DNA from: an uncultured Chloroflexia bacterium
GTDB lineage: Bacteria; Chloroflexota; Limnocylindria; Limnocylindrales; CSP1-4
Reading direction: 5' to 3'
Length of the DNA: 64,000 bases
NCBI GenBank assembly: GCA_963819655.1
Contig: CAWFXA010000003.1
Location: 544,001 to 608,000 of the forward strand
Under the pieces are notes generated by a model. It made no database searches, was not told the DNA's origin, and saw only the letters and a program-made list of their open reading frames with translations. This document shows positions 58,469 to 64,000 of this stretch, in pieces; within the stretch, counting starts at the first letter, position 1, and every line of letters starts with the position of its first letter. Both the position numbers and the translations under genes were made by a program.

Positions 58469-59611
58469 ATGAATCTGGTCGTGGCTTCGTTCGTCACCGT
58501 CGACGGCATCGTCGAGGCGCCGGGGTTCGACGAGCACCGCAGCGGCCGTAACGCCTGGGCTCTCCGCGTCCAGAACGAGGAGGATCGGGAATACAACAAG
58601 GCCCAGGCGATGTCGGCGGACGCATTCCTGCTGGGCCGTCGGACGTGGCAGATCTGGGCGGCGTTCTGGCCGACCGCCAGCGGCGGCGATCCGGAACTGA
58701 CCGAGCAGATAAATCGCATCCCGAAGTACGTCGTCTCCAACTCGTTGAAGCGGGCGGACTGGAGCAACTCGACCATCATCTCGGGGGACCTGGCCGCTCA
58801 GGTCGCGAAGCTGAAGGCGCAGCCGGGCGGCGACCTGATGGTGTTCGGCAGTCCGGACCTGGTCGATGAGCTCCTGCGACATGACCTCGTGGACGAATAT
58901 CGACTGCAGGTCTACCCGGTCATCCTGGGCAGCGGCAAGCGCCTGTTCCGAGACCGCATCGACACGCACCACCTACGCCTCGTCGGTTCGCGCACCTTCA
59001 GTTCGGGAGTCGTTCTTCTGACGTATGCACCAAACCCCGACGAGCCGACGAGCCGCTTCGTCGAGGAATACCGGTGGACGAACGAGCAGGTCCGGTCCCT
59101 GCAGGCAGCGGAAGACATCGACCGCACGTTGGCGACCGTCCTCTTCGCGGACATCGTCGACTCGACCGGTCGCGCAGCCGCCATGGGCGACCGGGCCTGG
59201 AAGAAGCTCCTCGAGCAGCACCATCGAGTGGTCCACGGCGAAGTCGAGCGGTGGCACGGCCAGAACGTGGAGTTCTCGGGCGATGGCGTGATGGCGGTCT
59301 TCGACGCGCCGACGCGAGCCCTTCGGTGTGCCTTCGACCTGGTTGATGCAGCGCGGGGCCTCGACGTCGAGATCCGCGCGGGTATCCATACGGGCGAGAT
59401 CGAACGGCGTGAGACCGGCATCGGGGGGATCGCCGTGCATATCGCCGCGCGACTGCTCGGTCCGGCGGAAACCGGCCAGGTAGTCGTGAGCAAGACCGTG
59501 CGTGACCTCGTCACCGGTACCGACCTGACGTTCCGGCCGCTCGGCGCGGTCAGCTTGCGTGGCGTGCCCGGGGAGTGGGAGCTGTTCGAGGCGAAGACGT
59601 CGGACCGCTGA
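58469..59611 (+). CDS. RibD-C/DHFR-like domain fused to a class III nucleotidyl cyclase
   Basis: N-terminal TVDGIVEAP, LLGRRTW, PKYVVS, YPVILGSGKRLF; C-terminal LFADIVDST, GDG, RAGIHTGE, AVHIAAR, LRGVPGEW. Confidence 0.9.
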   Translation: MNLVVASFVTVDGIVEAPGFDEHRSGRNAWALRVQNEEDREYNKAQAMSADAFLLGRRTWQIWAAFWPTASGGDPELTEQINRIPKYVVSNSLKRADWSNSTIISGDLAAQVAKLKAQPGGDLMVFGSPDLVDELLRHDLVDEYRLQVYPVILGSGKRLFRDRIDTHHLRLVGSRTFSSGVVLLTYAPNPDEPTSRFVEEYRWTNEQVRSLQAAEDIDRTLATVLFADIVDSTGRAAAMGDRAWKKLLEQHHRVVHGEVERWHGQNVEFSGDGVMAVFDAPTRALRCAFDLVDAARGLDVEIRAGIHTGEIERRETGIGGIAVHIAARLLGPAETGQVVVSKTVRDLVTGTDLTFRPLGAVSLRGVPGEWELFEAKTSDR

Positions 59612-59643
59612 GACGGCCTGCCGGGGTTGCCCGGCCGGTAGCG

Positions 59644-60642
59644 CTACTCTCCGCGGCGGTGCGCGGCCGCGAGGCTCCCGAGCGCCTGCGGATCGAGTGA
59701 GTCGTGCGGGACGCCGGCAACGCGGCCCGGCGTGCGCGCCCACAACGTCGCCGTCCGCGTCCCGTTCAGGAGAGCTGCACGCTCGCCGACGACGGCGCCG
59801 GGGCCGATCTCTGCGACCTCGCGGTCGTCGACTTCGACGACGAAGATCCCGTCGAGGATCAGGAAGACTTCCGTTCCGGCCTGCCCCTGCCGTACCAGGG
59901 TCTCGCCCTCGGCGATGGTCCGGATCTTCGGCTTGGCCCCTCCGCTCATGATCGCGCTCGACAGCGATCGCTCGAGCGCCGACTCGACCGCGGCGACCAC
60001 GGTCGGCGAGTCCTGCGTGCCCCACGGCGTTCGCTCGCCGAACGAGTCCTTGAACCACTTCCCGAAGTCGATGACGCCGGACTTCTCGGTGAGTCGCCCC
60101 CCGTCGTCGTAGATCCAATGGCGCGGGAACGCGCTCGCGCCAACGAGCTCGTGGCTCGAGCTGCCGTCCGCGTTGATCGTCAGGGCGAGGGTCGTCCAGG
60201 CGATCGAGGGCCAGAACTGGACGAATGGCTTGTGGGGCACGGGGCGCGGCGTCGGAAGGCCCATCCGGCCGCCGACCGTCTGGACGAAGCGGACGGACGA
60301 TTCGCCGATCTCGGGCTCCGCCTGGATGTCCGGCAGCTGGACCGCGGGGAACCGCATGGCCGCCGGACCGACCTTGACGGTCGTCGCGCCGATGTGGCCC
60401 ATGCCCAGGTGGCCGGCGCGCACGATCCGGTCGCCGTCGACCTCGATGAACCCGCGTAGCTCGTTCGCTTCGCGGAAACGGTCGCTCGTCCGGAGCTGCT
60501 CGATATCCTCCAGCCGATCCGGCGGCGGTTCGTCGTAATGGGTGACGCCGAACTCGAACGGGATCTTCGATGGCCCGCTGATGGCCTCTGACGGGATCCA
60601 GGACACCGCGGTGACGGACGACTCGAAGCGCTGCGTGGCCAC
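59644..60642 (-). CDS. Unknown N-terminal domain plus a C-terminal cyclic-nucleotide-binding domain
   Basis: GETLVRQGQAGTEVFLILDG...IGPGAVVGERAAL..GTRTATL; GTG start after GAGGTG. Confidence 0.88.
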   Translation of the reverse strand: MATQRFESSVTAVSWIPSEAISGPSKIPFEFGVTHYDEPPPDRLEDIEQLRTSDRFREANELRGFIEVDGDRIVRAGHLGMGHIGATTVKVGPAAMRFPAVQLPDIQAEPEIGESSVRFVQTVGGRMGLPTPRPVPHKPFVQFWPSIAWTTLALTINADGSSSHELVGASAFPRHWIYDDGGRLTEKSGVIDFGKWFKDSFGERTPWGTQDSPTVVAAVESALERSLSSAIMSGGAKPKIRTIAEGETLVRQGQAGTEVFLILDGIFVVEVDDREVAEIGPGAVVGERAALLNGTRTATLWARTPGRVAGVPHDSLDPQALGSLAAAHRRGE

Positions 60643-60795
60643 GGAAGACACCTCATGCGGGAGCCGCAGGTCATGATCCGGCGGCTTGCCGATTATGGGG
60701 GTGCCGCGTTGCTGGACGTCGAACGCAGGAAATGCGGCGACCCCCGGCATCCTTCAAGAGCCGGGGGTCGCGTGTCTGCTAGGTGGTCTGGGTGG

Positions 60796-62109
60796 TCAGT
60801 CTGCTCGCTCGAAGTAGCGCGTCGAGAGCCATCTCGCGACCCTCTCGCCGAGCCACGCTCCCTGGACGTCGGCTCGACGGAAATGGATGCCGATGAGGAT
60901 CCGACCTTCGATCGCGTCGTTGATGGGTCCACTGAATCGGGTGTACTGCCGGGTGACCGGCGACGCCCCGACGCTCGTCAGGCTGAACCGCATCCTGTTC
61001 GTCCCGAAGTACGCGCGAGCGGCGTTCATCGTCCCGGACGTGAAGCAGTTGAAGCCCGACGGTGGATCCGGGTAACCCGGGTTCGCGACCAGCGACGTCC
61101 AGCCGGTATCGGCCACGGTGGCTGGGTTCCCGTCTGTATCTGCCAGTTGGATCGCCGTCTGTGGCCGCCAGAAGTGCCAGTGATCCTTGTTCTCCCAACA
61201 CGCGATCAGCGAATCAGCAGCCGACATGGTCGTCATGACGAACAGCCGTGCCTGCTGGCTGGTCGACAGATGCCGCTTCGTGGCGATGTCACGGATCCCG
61301 CGGTTGAGCATCGCGAAGGGATTCACCGACGCCCAGCTGGCGATCTGGGCCTGCGCAGGGGTCCGGGTCGAGGTCGCCCCTCCAAGCCTCTTGACCTCGT
61401 TGAAGTCCCGGGCATAGGCGGCGCTCTCGAGTGGGTACGGCGCCCCGATGCGGTACTGGTCCGCGCGCCGCAACGTGAACGGCTTGACGAGGCTGACCCA
61501 TCCGAAGGAGTTCGCGTTGGCCGGTGGCAGTGGGCGCCAATCGCCGGGCAGGGTCCCGACCGCGAACGCGTACGTTCCGAAGCGGCCGTCGCCGACGCGA
61601 GCAGCGAGCATCTTCGCCGCTGCGGCCTTGCCGACCGTGATCCCGCGCTGCTTGGCTGTTCCACCGCGGATCTTCGCAAGGGACGTGGCGTAGAGGCTGT
61701 CCAGGCTCGTCTTCACCGCCGGCATCGTTGCCGGGGTGAGGCCGACGAGGACCCCATGCGCCGCGGCCGCGACGGCAGCCGCCTGGGAGGACGACCTCCG
61801 CGCGTTGAGTCCCTTCAGGTACGGCTCGTGGGTGTCGACGATCGCCATCACCGCGTCGTAGATCGCGCCGTGGACCATCGCGAGGTGGATCGGCGCGAGC
61901 GGGGGTGGCTGGCCGAGGCCGGGCGTCGTCGCGTCTGGGGGGTTGCCGATCGCGTTGACCGCGTTGATGTTCCACTCCAGGACCATGTTGTTCGGCTCGC
62001 CGGCCGCGACCGATGTGGCCGGGATCAGCAACGAGATCGCGATCAATGCGATCGCGATCGGTGCCGATAACCAGCGCCTGGTTCTCGAACCCTGCCGGGA
62101 GTGCGTCAT
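60796..62109 (-). CDS. Secreted vanadium-dependent haloperoxidase / PAP2-like protein
   Basis: Signal peptide, AMVHGAIYDAV, KDHWHFWRP, PSGF, GRILIGIHF. Confidence 0.85.
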   Translation of the reverse strand: MTHSRQGSRTRRWLSAPIAIALIAISLLIPATSVAAGEPNNMVLEWNINAVNAIGNPPDATTPGLGQPPPLAPIHLAMVHGAIYDAVMAIVDTHEPYLKGLNARRSSSQAAAVAAAAHGVLVGLTPATMPAVKTSLDSLYATSLAKIRGGTAKQRGITVGKAAAAKMLAARVGDGRFGTYAFAVGTLPGDWRPLPPANANSFGWVSLVKPFTLRRADQYRIGAPYPLESAAYARDFNEVKRLGGATSTRTPAQAQIASWASVNPFAMLNRGIRDIATKRHLSTSQQARLFVMTTMSAADSLIACWENKDHWHFWRPQTAIQLADTDGNPATVADTGWTSLVANPGYPDPPSGFNCFTSGTMNAARAYFGTNRMRFSLTSVGASPVTRQYTRFSGPINDAIEGRILIGIHFRRADVQGAWLGERVARWLSTRYFERAD

Positions 62110-62390
62110 GACGTCCTTCCTCGAACCTGCGGGTCGTGGTGGGCGCCGAGCGCCCTGGCTGTTGAGAGCTCGGATCGGACCCTCGAACGCCACCCGTGAT
62201 CGGTCATCGCGTCCCTCCGTTCGCCTTGTGGCCCCACCGCGACCCCGTCCGGGGTCGGCCTTCGCCGGCATCAGCCGTCTGGCGCACTGCCCCTCGGTGT
62301 GCGGGCCTTCTGATTCATAGGGGCGTCGAAATGAGGGATTCGGTTCGAATTTCTCCGGTACGCGATCGACGCTTCGGTACACTGGGGACC

Positions 62391-62762
62391 ATGGACCTTG
62401 GCGCGTTCTCCGTGAGCCTGTCCGTGAAGGACCTCGAGGCGTCGAAGCGCTTCTACGAGAAGCTCGGGTTCGCGCCGGTCATGGGCGAGGCTACGGACGG
62501 CTGGCTGATCCTCAAGAACGGTGACCACGTCATCGGCCTGTTCCAGGGGATGTTCGAGAGGAACTCGCTGACGTTCAATCCCGGCTGGGACCGCGACGCC
62601 AACGCTGTCGAGTCATTCACCGACGTCCGCGAGCTCCAGCGACGACTGAAGGAGCAGGGCGTCGAGTTCGTCAGCGAGGTCGACGAGTCCGGGTCCGGCC
62701 CGGGCAGCTTCATCGTCGTCGACCCGGACGGCAATCCGATCCTCGTCGACCAGCACGTCTGA
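62391..62762 (+). CDS. VOC family protein
   Basis: MDLGAFSVSLSVKDLEASKRFYEKLGF...LTFNPGWD...DPDGNPILVDQHV. Confidence 0.92.
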   Translation: MDLGAFSVSLSVKDLEASKRFYEKLGFAPVMGEATDGWLILKNGDHVIGLFQGMFERNSLTFNPGWDRDANAVESFTDVRELQRRLKEQGVEFVSEVDESGSGPGSFIVVDPDGNPILVDQHV

Positions 62763-62771
62763 GCCGTCGGC

Positions 62772-63672
62772 TCAGCTCTGTTCCGGCGAACTCTCCAGAA
62801 CGGCTGCGGCGATCCGTGCGACGCGCGGCGGGTCGGCGATCGCATGGATCTCGACGATCCGGCCGTCGACGACCGTGAAGCCCATCACCGCGACGGGCCG
62901 GCCGCGGACAGTGACGACGGCTCCGGCGGCCCCGTTCACACGTGCAGGCGTCACGACCGCGCCTCGGAAGCCGCGTGCCTGACCGGCCACGGCGGTAGCG
63001 CCCCGGAACACCCTCGTGCCGGGTCTGCCCGGGCCGAGGTCGGCCCGTAGCACCACATCTGGATCGAGCAAGGCGACCAGTGCGTGGAAATCGCCGCCGC
63101 GCGCAGCCCGGAAGAACGCATCGACCACCGCTCGCTGGCGCGCGAGATCGGGATCGGGAGGTGGGATATCGGCGCCCTTGATGCGTCGTCGTGCCCGGCT
63201 GGCCAGCTGTCTCGCCGCCACAGGGGATCGACCGACCATCGGTGCGATCTCGTCGAACGGCAGCTCGAACATGTCGTGGAGCACGAACGCGAGGCGCTCC
63301 GCCGGCGTGAGGCTGTCGAGAACGACGAGCAGGGCGAGGCCGACCGAGTCCGCGAGCAGCGCCTCCTCCTCCGGCTGGAGGCCTCCCTCCGGCGTGATGA
63401 CCGGATCTGGAACATGTGCATCGAGCGACTCCTCGCGCCGCCGTTTCCGGGATCGCAGCATGTTGAGGCAGACGCGAGCGACGATCGTCGTCAACCATCC
63501 GCGGAGGTTGTCGATCTCGTCCGCATCGGCCCGGCTGGCGCGAAGCCACGCGTCCTGGACGGCATCGTCCGCCTCGCTGAGCGAGCCGAGCATCCGATAG
63601 GCCACCGCGTTCAGATGGGGCCGGTGCTCCTCGAAGCGGCCGGACAGCCACTCGTTCTCGTTCGTCGGTCAC
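62772..63672 (-). CDS. ECF41-type sigma factor with SnoaL-like C-terminus (1-nt frameshift just after the GTG start)
   Basis: AYRMLGSLSEADDAVQ, LTPAERLAFVLHD, RQLASRARR, LLDPDVVLRAD, IADPPR. Confidence 0.9.
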
Positions 63673-63728
63673 GTCCTCCTGCTGGTCGGTGTCATCCAAC
63701 TGACCCCATCGACACAACCGATGTGACA
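63667..63728. promoter_or_regulatory. Divergent ECF41-type promoters
   Basis: Plus strand GGTCACG-N16-TGTC; minus strand TGTCACA-N16-GGTC; both resemble the established ECF41 consensus TGTCACA-N16-CGTC. Confidence 0.65.
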
Positions 63729-63740
63729 AGGAGCCATGCC

Positions 63741-64000
63741 ATGGACACCACCACGACCAAGACGACCCCACCGATCCTCGTCACGGGCGGCACAGGCACG
63801 CTCGGACGCCTCGTCGTCGCCCGACTGCGCGATGCCGGGCGCACGGTCAGGGTGTTGAGTCGGAGCGCCTACCAGGATGACGGTATCGAGTTCGTCACCG
63901 GCGACCTCGCCACGAACGAGGGTGTCGACGCTGCGGTGGCCGGAGTCGACATCATCGTCCACTGCGCGGGCAGCGCCAAGGGAGACGAGGTCAAGGCCCG
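63741..64000 (+). CDS. NAD(P)H-binding NmrA/SDR-like protein; truncated by the window end
   Basis: ILVTGGTGTLG, VRVLSR, TGDL, IVHCAG. Confidence 0.88.
   Translation, partial: MDTTTTKTTPPILVTGGTGTLGRLVVARLRDAGRTVRVLSRSAYQDDGIEFVTGDLATNEGVDAAVAGVDIIVHCAGSAKGDEVKA

Noticed and set aside
58469-60642. Canonical Pycsar or CBASS defence system
   Set aside because: The genes are convergent, the cyclase is LipJ-like with a RibD domain, and the receptor lacks TIR or TM effector domains
1-64000. CRISPR arrays, tRNA/rRNA genes, IS elements, integrases, prophage genes
   Set aside because: None recognised by eye or in the ORF track

Overview
Chromosomal window from a high-GC (roughly 70% by eye) bacterium. 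Gene content (F420-type Ddn/PPOX enzymes, a Chloroflexota/Actinomycetota-like RpoD paralogue, many leaderless genes) suggests a soil Chloroflexota or actinobacterial lineage; this is inference only. The left end is semi-core: a non-pyrrolysine MttB-family methyltransferase, an old-yellow-enzyme oxidoreductase, miaA, hflX, an OatA-like acyltransferase, an ABC exporter and vapBC. From about 14.5 kb it is an accessory patchwork: M14 peptidase, S4 protein, TolB-like lipoproteins, two epoxide hydrolases, a truncated globin, a SWIM/MoxR/DUF5682/VWA (yehQLMP-like) operon, two AAA-LuxR regulators with targets, an extra RpoD-family sigma, an ArsR-SRPBCC operon, a RibD-like/class III cyclase fusion facing a cNMP-binding protein, a vanadium-haloperoxidase-like protein and an ECF41 sigma, plus several gene fragments. 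I found no rRNA, tRNA, CRISPR array, transposase or integrase. Many single-base frameshifts look like long-read errors. Best candidates for undescribed biology: (1) two tandem ~233-bp modules at 7024-7457, each with three DnaA-box-like sites, a sigma70 promoter and an ~83-nt rod-shaped RNA with compensatory changes; (2) a RibD-like sensor fused to a cyclase with a guanylyl-type E/G signature, next to a cNMP receptor; (3) four promoters with 11-bp-phased hexamer arrays around two AAA-LuxR regulators. All family assignments come from recognising motifs by eye, not from database searches.
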